Positions 42,381 to 54,029 are shown, numbered from the stretch's first letter. The stretch: 64,000 nucleotides of DNA from Rhodospirillales bacterium (GCA_038143065.1 JAYQLI010000035.1:1568894-1632893); one strand, 5' to 3'. Notes: generated by a model not told the origin, from the sequence alone. Made by a program: numbers and translations.

Positions 42381-42397
42381 TTGGCATGAATATTGCT
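42381..42397 (+). promoter_or_regulatory. Sigma54 (-24/-12) promoter of glnK-amtB
   Basis: TTGGCATGAATATTGCT = GG-N10-GC consensus. Confidence 0.88.
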
Positions 42398-42403
42398 ACG
42401 TAA

Positions 42404-42781
<378 letters not shown>

Positions 42782-42796
42782 GGAGAGACTGATAAA

Positions 42797-44170
42797 ATGT
42801 TTCTAAAATCAATCATTACAGCATCGGCGCTTGGATTAGCAGCTGTTGCATCCACCCCCGCCCTTGCGGCCGTAGACCCTGAATCTGCTTTTGTATTTAA
42901 CAGCTTCTCTTTCCTCATAAACGGCCTGGTTGTTATGTTCATGGCCTGCGGATTTGCTATGCTAGAGGCTGGGCTCGTAAGAACCAAGAATACAGCTACT
43001 ATCTGCCTCAAAAATATAGCCCTATACTCTATTGCCGGGTTGATGTTCTACCTGATCGGTTACGCACTAATGTATACCGATGTAGACGGTGGCTTCATTG
43101 GATCTTTGTCATTTCTTTACAATCCATCTGAGGCCGAATTAGCCTTAATCAATGCAGATGAGGCGTCAGCTGAAATGGTTGCGGCGGTAACCGGCAACGG
43201 GTATGCGAGCCAATCTGACTGGTTCTTCCAAATGGTCTTTGTCGCAACAGCAGCTTCAATAGTCTCCGGCACTGTTGCCGAAAGAATAAAGCTGTGGCCA
43301 TTCCTTATTTTCACCATTGTCCTTACAGCAGTCATTTACCCTATAATTGGCTCTTGGGAGTGGGGTGGCGGCTGGCTTAACAGCGAGTGGTATGTCGCGA
43401 CCTTTGGCGCTGAATTCATGGACTTTGCTGGGTCTACTTTGGTACACTCAACTGGTGGTTGGGCTGCCCTAGCCGGTGCGATCGTACTCGGAGCCCGGAA
43501 AGGAAAGTTTGGTCCTGATGGGGAGGTTCGCCCCATGCCTGGAGCAAACTTGCCGCTTGCGACCCTCGGTACTTTCATTCTTTGGTTCGGGTGGTTCGGC
43601 TTCAATGGCGGATCACAGCTCGCCCTTGGAAGTGCGTTGGATGCCGCTGCCATGTCGATCGTATTTGTGAACACCAATCTTGCGGCAGCCGGTGGTGTAG
43701 TCGCAGCAATGCTTGTTACCCAACTACGCTTTGGCAAGGTGGATCTTACGATGGCCCTTAACGGCGCAATCGCAGGTCTTGTATCTATCACCGCTGGCCC
43801 CGATCTACAGAACCACTTGACCAGTATATTTGTTGGCGCTGTTGGTGGTGTAATCGTCTGCTTCGCAGTTCCACTGTTAGACAAACTTAAGATCGACGAC
43901 GTTGTTGGCGCTGTTTCAGCACACCTTGCCGCCGGCATCTGGGGCACTTTAGCTGTCGGAATTTTTGGAGCAGGGACAATCCTTGGACAGCTTGTTGGCA
44001 TAGTCGCAGTGGGAGTGTTCGTATTTGTCGTCAGTTTCATTGTATGGACTGTACTGAAGGCAACCGTCGGCATTCGTTGCTCTGAGGAGGATGAAGTTAG
44101 CGGCCTTGATAAGGCTGAACTGGGTATGGAAGCCTATCCCGAATTTGGGCGCGGCTCACAGACCATGTAA
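42797..44170 (+). CDS. amtB: Ammonium transporter
   Basis: GFAMLEAG, FFQMVF, DFAGSTLVH, WFGWFGFNGGS, DDVVGAVSAH. Confidence 0.97.
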   Translation: MFLKSIITASALGLAAVASTPALAAVDPESAFVFNSFSFLINGLVVMFMACGFAMLEAGLVRTKNTATICLKNIALYSIAGLMFYLIGYALMYTDVDGGFIGSLSFLYNPSEAELALINADEASAEMVAAVTGNGYASQSDWFFQMVFVATAASIVSGTVAERIKLWPFLIFTIVLTAVIYPIIGSWEWGGGWLNSEWYVATFGAEFMDFAGSTLVHSTGGWAALAGAIVLGARKGKFGPDGEVRPMPGANLPLATLGTFILWFGWFGFNGGSQLALGSALDAAAMSIVFVNTNLAAAGGVVAAMLVTQLRFGKVDLTMALNGAIAGLVSITAGPDLQNHLTSIFVGAVGGVIVCFAVPLLDKLKIDDVVGAVSAHLAAGIWGTLAVGIFGAGTILGQLVGIVAVGVFVFVVSFIVWTVLKATVGIRCSEEDEVSGLDKAELGMEAYPEFGRGSQTM

Positions 44171-44179
44171 ACAAGGAGT

Positions 44180-44208
44180 GATGGCTCGGCTCAAAATGCC
44201 GAGCCATC
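44180..44208 (+). terminator. Terminator-like hairpin after amtB
   Basis: GATGGCTCGGC-TCAAAAT-GCCGAGCCATC 11-bp stem followed by a T-rich tract a few nt downstream. Confidence 0.75.
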
Positions 44209-44349
44209 CACCCCTATTTTTTATTTGTAAAAAAATTTTTTTATTAATTTCATATGATTACATGATATCATTAACAAATCGCTTGCCTTTTGGGCCTCAG
44301 TACAAGTAGTTTCCGTTTTGTACTCATTTTAGGGATTGGATCGTCCGCC

Positions 44350-46814
44350 GTGGCCTTGGCGATAGAAGCACCCGCTTCCTCTGGCTTCCTACCACCTGCC
44401 TTGCAGCGCTTTGTAAGGCGGCGCGTTCTTGAAACTGCAGGTCTTGGATTTATTGGACTTGCGGTAATAGCTTCAATTTGCCTTCTGACCTACAATCCAC
44501 TTGATCCGTCTGCAGCGATGGCCAGTGGGCAAGCACCCACAAATTGGCTAGGCGCAATTGGGGCAAACTTGGCAGATATGTCCCTTCGCATGATAGGGTT
44601 AGCAGTAATCCTCCCTATAATATCGCTCGCCTTTTGGGGATGGCGCTTCTTTGTTCACACGCCGCCCAAATGGCTTTGGCTGCGAATTGCATTGACCCCT
44701 CTTGCAACCATTCTGTGCTCAGGTGCTTTTTCTGCTCTGCCGACATTTGATGGATGGCCATTAACTGAAGGTTTAGGAGGGGCTTTTGGTTTCACAGCAT
44801 CAAATAATGTTTGGTATCTTCTCACATTACTTGATCCAACGATCAGCAAAAATATCGGGGCAGGTGTAGCCGCAGTTAGCGCGCTCGCACTATCGGCATG
44901 GTCAGCTGCTCCACCTGTAGTAACACTGTGGCGAGCAACTCGAGCCAGTGCTCTTGGATTATTCTGGGGGGTTGGCAAACTTACTTGGATATCCAAGCTC
45001 GTTGTTCGCGTTGCCTCCAATATAAAAAATCAAAAAGGGTCCAAAGCCTGGGTAGTTGATGCTGACTTTGATGAAGTTGATCCTCCTCCCGAAGTAGAGG
45101 CTAATGAGCCTCTCGCCCGGGTATCCCCACCAACAAAAACAAAGCGTGCATTATCAGACAGGATTGGGGATGCACTTCACGTCCGAAGAGATAAAAAAAA
45201 GACAGAGGCACCAAAATCCAAGAAACGAGCGGAAAAACCAAAAAGAAAGCGCCTCCACCTCTTCGTGCAAAGTCTGGAAAACAGCCTGACTTACCTCTGG
45301 AAGACGGATTCCAACTACCCCCGCTAGATCTTTTGCAGGAAGCAGAAGAAAGAGCCGAACTTGAGAGCGATTCCATCCTGAATGAAAAAGCTCGAGCCTT
45401 GGAAAGCATTCTCGACGATTTCGGCGTAAAGGGCGAAATAAAAAGTTCTCGCCAAGGTCCGGTAGTAACCCTCTACGAGCTCGAACCAGCACCGGGGGTA
45501 AAAGCCTCTCGAGTGATTGGGCTTGCAGATGACCTTGCTCGAAATATGAGTGCGGTCTCTGTACGTGTTGCAACTGTTCCAGGCAAAAACGTTATTGGCG
45601 TTGAATTGCCCAACACCTTCCGTGAAACCGTTTATCTTCGCGAATTACTGGCAACAAAGGAGTATAGGTCTGCTGGTAATTTACCCCTTGTATTAGGCAA
45701 AGACATTGCTGGCACGCCAGTTATAGTTGACCTTGCGCGGATGCCACATTTGCTCATTGCTGGCACTACCGGCTCGGGAAAGTCCGTCGCAATCAATGCA
45801 ATGATCCTTTCTCTTCTATACGCCATGACACCCGAAGAATGCCGCTTCATTATGGTCGATCCCAAGATGCTGGAGCTGTCGGTCTATGACGGCGTACCAC
45901 ATTTACTTGCACCCGTGGTCACAGAACCCAAGAAAGCCGTAGTTGCGCTTAAATGGGTAGTCCGAGAGATGGAAAACCGCTACCGCGCAATGTCTACCTT
46001 AGGAGTTCGAAATATTGCCGGGTACAATGCTAAAATTGCGGAAGCTCGCAAAAAGGGGGAACCTCTAACACGCAGGGTGCAGACAGGGTTTGATTCCGAT
46101 ACAGGCAGACCAATATACGAAGAGCAGCCTCTAGATATGCGCTCTCTGCCATTTATCGTCGTAGTAGTCGACGAGATGGCAGATTTAATGCTTGTGGCAG
46201 GTAAGGACATTGAAGCAGCCATTCAACGGCTTGCTCAAATGGCCAGAGCCGCCGGAATACATCTAATTATGGCAACTCAACGACCATCCGTAGATGTAAT
46301 TACCGGCACCATCAAAGCAAACTTCCCAACACGAATGAGTTTTCAAGTAACATCTAAAATAGATAGCCGAACTATTCTCGGAGAGGGCGGCGCGGAACAG
46401 CTTTTGGGACAAGGGGACGGTCTCTATATGGCAGGCGGCGGCCGCATAAAGCGGATACACGGACCGTTTGTTGAAGACAATGAGGTTGGGGATATAGTCA
46501 ATTTCCTAAAAGGACAGGCCCCACCAGTTTATCTTGAAGCAGTAACAGAAGATGAAGGGGCAGCCGACGGTATCCCAGGCTTTGACCCTGTTGGCAGCGG
46601 ATCAAGTGGAGATGAGGACAACAACCTCTACGACCAAGCTGTTGCTATAGTTGCATCTGATAAAAAAGCTTCCACTTCCTACCTGCAACGCCGCCTAAAA
46701 ATTGGATACAATCGCGCTGCTTCTTTAATTGAACAGATGGAAGAACAAGGAGTTGTGAGCCCCGCCAATCATGTTGGGAAGCGAGAAATTCTCATTGGCA
46801 ACCACAACGACTAG
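44350..46814 (+). CDS. ftsK: DNA translocase FtsK (frameshift in A-rich linker 45193-45245)
   Basis: N-terminal 4TM domain (YNPLDPS..NWLG..GANLAD) plus motor ORF with [39 protein letters not shown]. Confidence 0.95.
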
Positions 46815-46891
46815 TATCTAAAAAAAGCTTCCGCTTAAATTTAGTCATAATCTAACAATAAAGATCTAAGAATTCCTTAGGCAGAAGGCCA

Positions 46892-47512
46892 TTGTTGCGG
46901 AGTCAAATTTTGCGTTTGTTAATAGTCATACTTTTCATGTGCATTAATGCGCTTAGTGTCTCTGCATTGGCTGAAACTGCTGTTACCGAGCGCGCCCTAA
47001 AGACACTAAACAGTATTCGGACCCTTTATGCTGAATTTAAACAGTATGACCAGGACGGAAATCGTTGGAGCGGTAAAATGTGGCTGGAGAGGCCAGGCAA
47101 GCTCCGATTTGAGTATGACCCACCAGAAAAAGACGTGATTTCGAGTACTGGCTTATTCGTCAATCTCTATGACGCCGAACTTGATGCGGTCACTCAAATC
47201 CCAACCGGTTTAGCACCAGCATGGTTTCTTCTTGAGGACCCTGTAGAGTTAGACAAGGACGTCGAGATCTTAGCAGAAGGTTCTGCAGGAAAGACCTATT
47301 TTATCACCGCCGCCCAAAACAGCCTACTAACCGATGCGAAAGTAACCATTATTTTTGAGCTAGGCGCGCCCGACCAGATACTTGGATGGACCGTTGCGGA
47401 AGATGGAGGAAAGACGATGCATGTGAATCTTATTAACCCAGTAATCGGCTCACCTATCAATGAAAATATCTTTCAATATCAACCACCCACTCCGAAATAC
47501 CCGAACAATTGA
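46892..47512 (+). CDS. lolA: Outer-membrane lipoprotein carrier LolA
   Basis: Signal peptide, AEFKQ, GKMWLERPGKLRFEYDPP; downstream of ftsK. Confidence 0.88.
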   Translation: MLRSQILRLLIVILFMCINALSVSALAETAVTERALKTLNSIRTLYAEFKQYDQDGNRWSGKMWLERPGKLRFEYDPPEKDVISSTGLFVNLYDAELDAVTQIPTGLAPAWFLLEDPVELDKDVEILAEGSAGKTYFITAAQNSLLTDAKVTIIFELGAPDQILGWTVAEDGGKTMHVNLINPVIGSPINENIFQYQPPTPKYPNN

Positions 47513-47622
47513 TTTCTCTATGAACCATGCACGAGGAGCCTGACCCATCCAACCAAAAATGATGCTGGTTGATCTGAATAATAGTTAAACCAAAAGCATG
47601 TGAGGCAATTTCACTATTTTTA

Positions 47623-48822
47623 CTATGCCGCTGCCTCAAGAGCTTTTACTCCAGGCAATGTCTTACCTTCCAACCATTCAAGAAAAGCCCCGCCTGCAGT
47701 TGACACATAGCTAAATTCTTCGAGGACGCCGGCGTGTGCGAGAGCAGCAACGGTGTCACCACCACCTGCTACTGCAAGCAATTTACCGGCGGCGACAAGC
47801 TCAGCTGCCTTCTGGGCGACGCGATTTGTCGATTGGTCAAACGGAGGTGTATCAAACGCGCCTAATGGGCCATTCCAAACAATGGTTTTGTACTGCTCAA
47901 GCAAGATCTCAAGGGCCGCCGCGCTAGCTGGCCCTACATCTAACATCATCTGAGCAAGTGGCACGGCAGTAACAGGAACAACCGCTGTCTCAGGATTGGC
48001 TTTGAACTCCTCTGCAACGACTGCGTCAGTGGGCAGAATGAGCTTACAGCCGTTAGCATCCGCTTTCGTCATGATTGCTTTAGCCGTTTCGAGCATCTCA
48101 GCCTCAACGAGGCTTTTGCCCATATCATGACCGAGGGCAAGCAAGAAGGTGTTTGCCATACCACCTCCCACTATCAAAGCATCAACCTTGTCAATCAGCG
48201 CTTCGAGAACCTCAATCTTCGATGACACTTTCGCACCACCGACTAAAGCTGCAGCAGGTCGCGCAGGCTTCTCAAGGGCATTTCCCAACGCAAGAAGTTC
48301 AGCCTCCATCAGCCTACCGGCAACAGCAGGCAAAGCTCGCGCAATACCTTCCGTTGAGGCATGAGCACGGTGAGCTGCAGAAAAAGCATCATTGACATAA
48401 ACATCGCCAAGCTCTGCAAGAGCAGCAACGAATTGAGGATCATTTTTTTCTTCACCAGCATGAAAACGCAAATTTTCAAGTAAAGCTATGTCCCCATCTT
48501 TTAACTGTCTGATTACGCTTTCAGCGGCTTCTCCGATGCAGTCCTCAGCGAAGCACACTGTTTGGCTGACAGCGGCAGCCATTGCATCCGCAATCGGGCG
48601 CAAGGACATGTCTTCGACCCGTTGCCCTTTAGGCCTCCCAAAATGGCTAATGCAGACAACACGCGCCCCTCTTTCTTGCAGGTCTTTGATTGTAGTTAGA
48701 GACCGCTCTATTCGTGTAGCGTCTGTCACCCTTCCGTTCCGGACCGGCACGTTATAGTCCACACGGACAAGTACTATCTTTCCGGAAACATCAATATCAT
48801 CGATGGTCTTAAAGTGAGGCAT
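47623..48822 (-). CDS. pgk: Phosphoglycerate kinase
   Basis: RVDYNVP, SHFGRP, LENLRF, NDAFSAAHRAHAS, GGAKVSSK, STAGGAFLEWLEG. Confidence 0.98.
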   Translation of the reverse strand: MPHFKTIDDIDVSGKIVLVRVDYNVPVRNGRVTDATRIERSLTTIKDLQERGARVVCISHFGRPKGQRVEDMSLRPIADAMAAAVSQTVCFAEDCIGEAAESVIRQLKDGDIALLENLRFHAGEEKNDPQFVAALAELGDVYVNDAFSAAHRAHASTEGIARALPAVAGRLMEAELLALGNALEKPARPAAALVGGAKVSSKIEVLEALIDKVDALIVGGGMANTFLLALGHDMGKSLVEAEMLETAKAIMTKADANGCKLILPTDAVVAEEFKANPETAVVPVTAVPLAQMMLDVGPASAAALEILLEQYKTIVWNGPLGAFDTPPFDQSTNRVAQKAAELVAAGKLLAVAGGGDTVAALAHAGVLEEFSYVSTAGGAFLEWLEGKTLPGVKALEAAA

Positions 48823-48831
48823 TGATTGTCC

Positions 48832-49635
48832 TTAGTCACCAGTGAAGACTGGTTTACGCTTTTCAGCAAACGCCCTAGCCGCTTCCTCATGATCCTTAGT
48901 TGCTTGCGCCAATGCTTGCATTCCTGCAGCCATCTCAAGGGCTGTATCCAGGCGCTGAAATTCACTCTCTTTTAATAACCTTTTGGTCATGCGCAGGGCT
49001 TCAGGAGGCTTCCTGCTGATCTTTGTTGCTATTTTGATGGCTGTTGGCATCAATTCATCAATAGGCACAACATGACTGACAAGACCTATAGATTTTGCCT
49101 CTGCTGCATCGATAACATCGCCTGTAAAGGTCATCTCAAAAGCTTTAGACCTTCCGACAAGGCGTGGAAGATACCATGATCCCCCATCGCCAGGGATAAT
49201 ACCAAGGTTCACAAACACTTCGCCAAATTGTGCTGTATCAGCAGCCACTCTAATATCTGCCATCATAGCTAGATCGCAGCCAGCCCCAATTGCGTGACCG
49301 TTAACAGCAGCAATAATAGGGACCTCTATTTTATCCAGAGCTAAAGGAATTCTTTGAATACCCTCACGATACCAATGACGGGTACCTGCGGGAAACGCTT
49401 GCATTTTTGATGCCCGCGCCGCCATATCCTTTACATCGCCGCCAGAGGAAAATGCCGTACCAGCACCAGTTAAAATAACACACGAAACCTCATGGTCTTT
49501 GGCGACCATGTCTGCCACTTCCTCAAATCGCTCAACTACATCTGGAGCAGAGACTGCGTTCCGAATTTCTGGTTTATTGATCGTCCAGGTAACAATACGA
49601 CCATTCTTTTCATAAAGGATGCTATCAGCACTCAT
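48832..49635 (-). CDS. Enoyl-CoA hydratase/isomerase (crotonase family)
   Basis: FSSGGDV, VNGHAIGAGCDLA, GIIPGDGG, AFAEKRKPVF. Confidence 0.9.
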   Translation of the reverse strand: MSADSILYEKNGRIVTWTINKPEIRNAVSAPDVVERFEEVADMVAKDHEVSCVILTGAGTAFSSGGDVKDMAARASKMQAFPAGTRHWYREGIQRIPLALDKIEVPIIAAVNGHAIGAGCDLAMMADIRVAADTAQFGEVFVNLGIIPGDGGSWYLPRLVGRSKAFEMTFTGDVIDAAEAKSIGLVSHVVPIDELMPTAIKIATKISRKPPEALRMTKRLLKESEFQRLDTALEMAAGMQALAQATKDHEEAARAFAEKRKPVFTGD

Positions 49636-49659
49636 TGTTTTAATTCCTTCGAATTTATT

Positions 49660-50566
49660 CTAAGTCAGGCTGTAAGTGGATTCAGGCCCAGGCGGATTTT
49701 CAGCAGCAGCTACTTCGCCTCGTTCCCACATGGCTAGCAGATGCGACAGAACTGATCGACCTGCAGCACGGTGGAGGCTCTTATCGACGTCGGCGTACAT
49801 AACTTCCACCATAACTGGAATGGTCTTAGGACCAGATGATAAGCAATTCTGTATTTGTGATTCTCTGGCTTCCCGGTGACTAATGAACGCCTCAACAAAG
49901 GCTCGGGGTTGGTCACAGGTCCACCGTGGCCAGGATAGTATACTGACTCACTTCTTTTCAGAAGCTTTCTTAAACTTGCCATATAGTCGGTCATATCTCC
50001 ATCAGGTGGAGAAACAATCGAGGTTGACCATGCCATTACATGATCACCAGACAACAATATGTTTTCTTCCTTCAACGATAGACACAAATGATTAGAAATA
50101 TGACCTGGAGTATGAATTGCCTCCAGTGTCCAACCTTCCCCCTGATCAAATCGCCATCAGCGACCAAATTATCTGGAATAAAATTTTTATCTCCACCTTC
50201 TGGACTATCAAAAGGCCAATCGCGCCGCGCACCAGCTCCATGCGGCCCAAAGCCATAAGTAGGTGCCCCAGTAGCTTTTTGAATTGCTGGTATTCCTGGA
50301 GAATGATCGTTGTGGGTATGCGTTGCTATGATGTGAGTAACCGTTTCTCCCTTGACTGCCTTCATGATTGCAGCGGCGTGCTCTGAGGAGACAGGACCCG
50401 GGTCAACAATCGCAACACTTCCTCTACCTACTATATAGGTATTAGTACCTTTAAAGGTGAACATAGATGGGTTTGGAGAAGTTACCCGTCTTAAAATGGG
50501 TGAGATTTCAACTATTTCACCAGGCTCAGCGTCAAACTGGCGATTGAAAGGGATGGGGTCAGCCAT
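49660..50566 (-). CDS. MBL-fold metallo-hydrolase, LACTB2-like (frameshifts at 50138-50142 and 49905-49908)
   Basis: GTNTYIVG, THTHNDH, HTPGH, SGDHVM, PGHG; three frames join after restoring one base in each run. Confidence 0.85.
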
Positions 50567-50853
50567 CGAGGTCATCTCCTTGCGAGCGGGGACCGCATCC
50601 TGACGAGACGAGCCCAGAGGATCAAGAGGATCTGTTACTTAATTAAACCAAATAATTCTCATTATTCAGGATATCTCCGTAACCCACACATCAAAGACAG
50701 CTTTCAATGCATTAGACAAGAACCGCCACCCTCGCTCCCCAGTCCAACTTTGAACGCCAATTTTAGGAGAGCCGGGTCTGGCCAATTAAGGGAGTCTGAG
50801 TAATAACTCTATCACCGAATATGACAGTGGATGCGGTTAGGAAACCAAATCCA

Positions 50854-52502
50854 ATGACAGGTAAAAAATTAGATTTTGATGCCATAGTGATTGGCGCGGG
50901 AATATCAGGCCTCTATGAGCTGCATCTTCTAAGAGACCGTTATGGCCTGAACGCAAGGGTTTTCGAAGCAGGAACCGGTGTAGGCGGAACATGGTACTGG
51001 AACCGATACCCAGGCTGCCGTTTTGATTCTGAAAGTTGGTCTTACGGATATTCTTTTAATAAAGAAATTCTAGCTGAATGGAATTGGACAGAGCACTTTG
51101 CACCCCAGCCTGAAACCGAGCGTTATCTAAATTTTGTAGCCGACAAACTTGATCTTCGAAAGAACATCCAGTTCTCCGCTAGAGTAAAGTCTGCGCACTA
51201 TGATGACAATGATGAATCTTGGACAGTGACACTAGAAAATGGCGAAAGCTATCGCTGTCGCTATTTTGTGACTTGCGTTGGACCTTTATCCGCACCGACG
51301 TATCCCAAATTCGATGGCATCGAATCTTTCGAGGGCGAAAGCTGCCATACAGGCCTATGGCCAAAGCACAAAGTATCATTTGAGGGGAAGCGGGTAGCTG
51401 TTATTGGAACTGGTGCAACCGGCGTACAGACTATCCAGGAGGTCGCGAAAACAGCCAAGCATTTAACAGTCTTTCAACGCAGACCAAATTGGTGCACCCC
51501 CTGCATAATGGGCCCATTTCTTCTGAAGAGATGGAAGAAATCCGAGGGCGATACCCTGAAATATTCCGCCTTTGCAAAGAAACCGCGTCTTGTTTTGTGC
51601 ACAATCCAGATCCCAGGAAAACATTGGAAACACAAGAGGCTGAGCGCAATGCGTTTTTACAAAACCGATACGAAACGCCTGGCTTCGGGATTTGGATGGG
51701 CAATTTTAAGGACATGCTTACAGATCGGGCTGCGAATAAAGTAATTTCAGATTTTGTTGCGGAGCGCATACGAGAGCGGGTCAAAGATCCCGCAACAGCA
51801 GAGAAATTAATTCCAACGGATCATGGGTTTGGCACTCGCCGAGTCCCACAAGAGACTTTCTATTATGAAGTTTACAACCAGCCAAACGTAGAACTAATCT
51901 CAATGCTGGAGACACCGATAGAACGCATCACCCCCAAAGGCTTGGAAACGAGTGACCGCAGCTTTGAGTTTGATATCATAATTTATGCAACTGGGTTTGA
52001 CGCAATAACTGGGAGCTTTGACCGGATCGATATCCAAGGAGCCGATGGAATAAAGCTCAAGGATAAGTGGAAAGGCGGACCAACCTCCTATCTAGGAATG
52101 ATGGTGAAAGATTTCCCAAACATGTTCATGGTAGTCGGGCCTCACACAGCCCTCGGTAATATCCCACGATCAATTGAGCATATTGCTGAGTGGGTTGCTG
52201 GCGCCATCAATCACATGCATCAAAATGGCATTACATTTGCTGACCCAACGCAGTCGGGTGTTGATGAATGGACTGACTACGTTGCTGAAGTAGGTGAGGG
52301 ACTTCTCTCTAACGAAATTGATAGCTGGATGACCGGCATCAATCTTAATGTTGAAGGAAAGCAGACTCGCATATTAGCCCGCTACAGCGGCAGTGCCGTC
52401 GAATATAGGCGGAGATGCGATAAAATAGCTGAGGATGGCTATACCAACGTAACTTTCACCTCTCGTGGTAGTGTAATGGCTAACGCCAACCCAAATCACT
52501 AA
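50854..52502 (+). CDS. Baeyer-Villiger monooxygenase, cyclohexanone monooxygenase family (frameshift at C5 51497-51501)
   Basis: GAGISG, GGTWYWNRYPGCRFD, fingerprint FEGESCHTGLWP, GTGATGVQ, ATGFDA. Confidence 0.92.
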
Positions 52503-52539
52503 CGGTCTAATTGCATAGTTGAAGATAAGGATGTGATCT

Positions 52540-53322
52540 ATGATTGAAAGCAAAACAATGGAAGCCGCTAAATTGCTTCAAGAAGCTTGGGCTGAAGGCA
52601 AAATATTAGCTGATCTACCAAGTTCATGCGCACCAAAAAATGAAGCTGAGGCCACCGCAATTGGCTATGCTATTATTTTGAACTTTGGTCATGAAATTGG
52701 CGGTTGGAAAATTGGTGCGACGGGTGAAGGGCCGCAAAAGGCACTAGGTTTAACGCAGCCATTTGTTGGAGCTATACGGGCTTCAAATGTTCTTTCAAGT
52801 CCAGCGGATTTTCAATTTGCGGACCTTAATCGCCCAATTGTAGAGTCTGAATATGCTTACCGCCTTAAAACAGATCTTCCTGTCCGTAATGAAGGCTATT
52901 CCCGAAGCGACATAGAAGCCGCCATTGGCTCCATAATCTGTGGGATCGAAGTCCCATTAAGCAGACTTTCGGCAGACAATACTCTGGGCCCTTTGGCCCT
53001 TCTCGCGGATCATGGGGGCACCGGCTATTACTTGATTGGCGCAGAGATTGAGAACTGGAGATCTGTGGATGCTATTACCACTGATGTCACTCTGACTTTT
53101 GATGGTAACGAAGCAGGCCGTGGCACTGGTGCGCTGATGATGGGAGACCCAATCAATGCGCTCGTTTGGTTTGTAAATTACATGGGCGAAAAAGGCATCG
53201 GATTAAAGGCCGGGCAATTCGTTTCAACGGGCTCATGCACTGGCGTAATTCCAGCACCAGGCCCTACCACCGCTATTGCTGACTTTGGGAGTGAAGGTCA
53301 GGTAAAGCTAATTTTCAACTAA
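52540..53322 (+). CDS. 2-keto-4-pentenoate hydratase-like (FAH superfamily)
   Basis: GWKIGAT, VESEYAY, GDPINALVWF, LKAGQFVSTGS. Confidence 0.82.
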   Translation: MIESKTMEAAKLLQEAWAEGKILADLPSSCAPKNEAEATAIGYAIILNFGHEIGGWKIGATGEGPQKALGLTQPFVGAIRASNVLSSPADFQFADLNRPIVESEYAYRLKTDLPVRNEGYSRSDIEAAIGSIICGIEVPLSRLSADNTLGPLALLADHGGTGYYLIGAEIENWRSVDAITTDVTLTFDGNEAGRGTGALMMGDPINALVWFVNYMGEKGIGLKAGQFVSTGSCTGVIPAPGPTTAIADFGSEGQVKLIFN

Positions 53323-53336
53323 GTGTGGTTCACTAA

Positions 53337-54029
53337 ATGTCGAAAGTACTGCTAGTTGTTGGGGCGGGCCCAGGCCTTGGGGCTTCCATCGGAAGACGAT
53401 TTAGCGAGGAAGGCTTTAAAGTTGCTCTCGCGTCCAGAAGTTTAGAGAAGGTATCAGCCGTTTGCGAAAACGTACCTGGGGCCAAGGGATTTGCGTGTGA
53501 TGCCACCAATGAAGATGACGTAAATCGTTTGTTTTCGGAGGTCACCCAATCTTTTGGAACTCCCACAGCTGTTGTCTTTAATGCAAGCGGCAGAGTGCGT
53601 AAAAGTATCCTAGAGATGCAGTCCGATGAATTTATCCAGGCTTGGATGGCTGCATGTCACGGTGGCTTCTTGGTTGGCCGTGAAGCGGCACGCCAAATGG
53701 TGCCAAGAGGGGCAGGCACAATACTTTTCACTGGAGCAACAGCATCAGTGAAAAGCTACGCCAACTCCGCCGGATTTGCTGTGGGGAAATTTGGTTTGCG
53801 CGCGCTCGCCTTCTCAATGGCCCGGGAACTAGGACCAAAAGGAATTCATGTGGGACATGTCGTAGTAGATGGCGGCATTCAAGCAACCCACAGACCGGAA
53901 GACCCAAGTGTTCCTGATAAATGGCTAAACCCTAAGGATATAGCAGAAAGTTATTGGCACCTGCATGCTCAACGCCGGTCAAGCTGGACAGTAGAAATAG
54001 ATGTTCGGCCATGGGTGGAGAATTTTTAA
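53337..54029 (+). CDS. Short-chain dehydrogenase/reductase
   Basis: GAGPGLG, FTGATAS, GKFGLRALAFSMARELGP, WTVEIDVRPWVENF. Confidence 0.9.
   Translation: MSKVLLVVGAGPGLGASIGRRFSEEGFKVALASRSLEKVSAVCENVPGAKGFACDATNEDDVNRLFSEVTQSFGTPTAVVFNASGRVRKSILEMQSDEFIQAWMAACHGGFLVGREAARQMVPRGAGTILFTGATASVKSYANSAGFAVGKFGLRALAFSMARELGPKGIHVGHVVVDGGIQATHRPEDPSVPDKWLNPKDIAESYWHLHAQRRSSWTVEIDVRPWVENF

Noticed and set aside
43336-44073. 245-aa antisense ORF inside amtB, and similar antisense ORFs in gcdH, folC and hydantoinase A
   Set aside because: Shadow frames of conserved genes with no recognisable motifs
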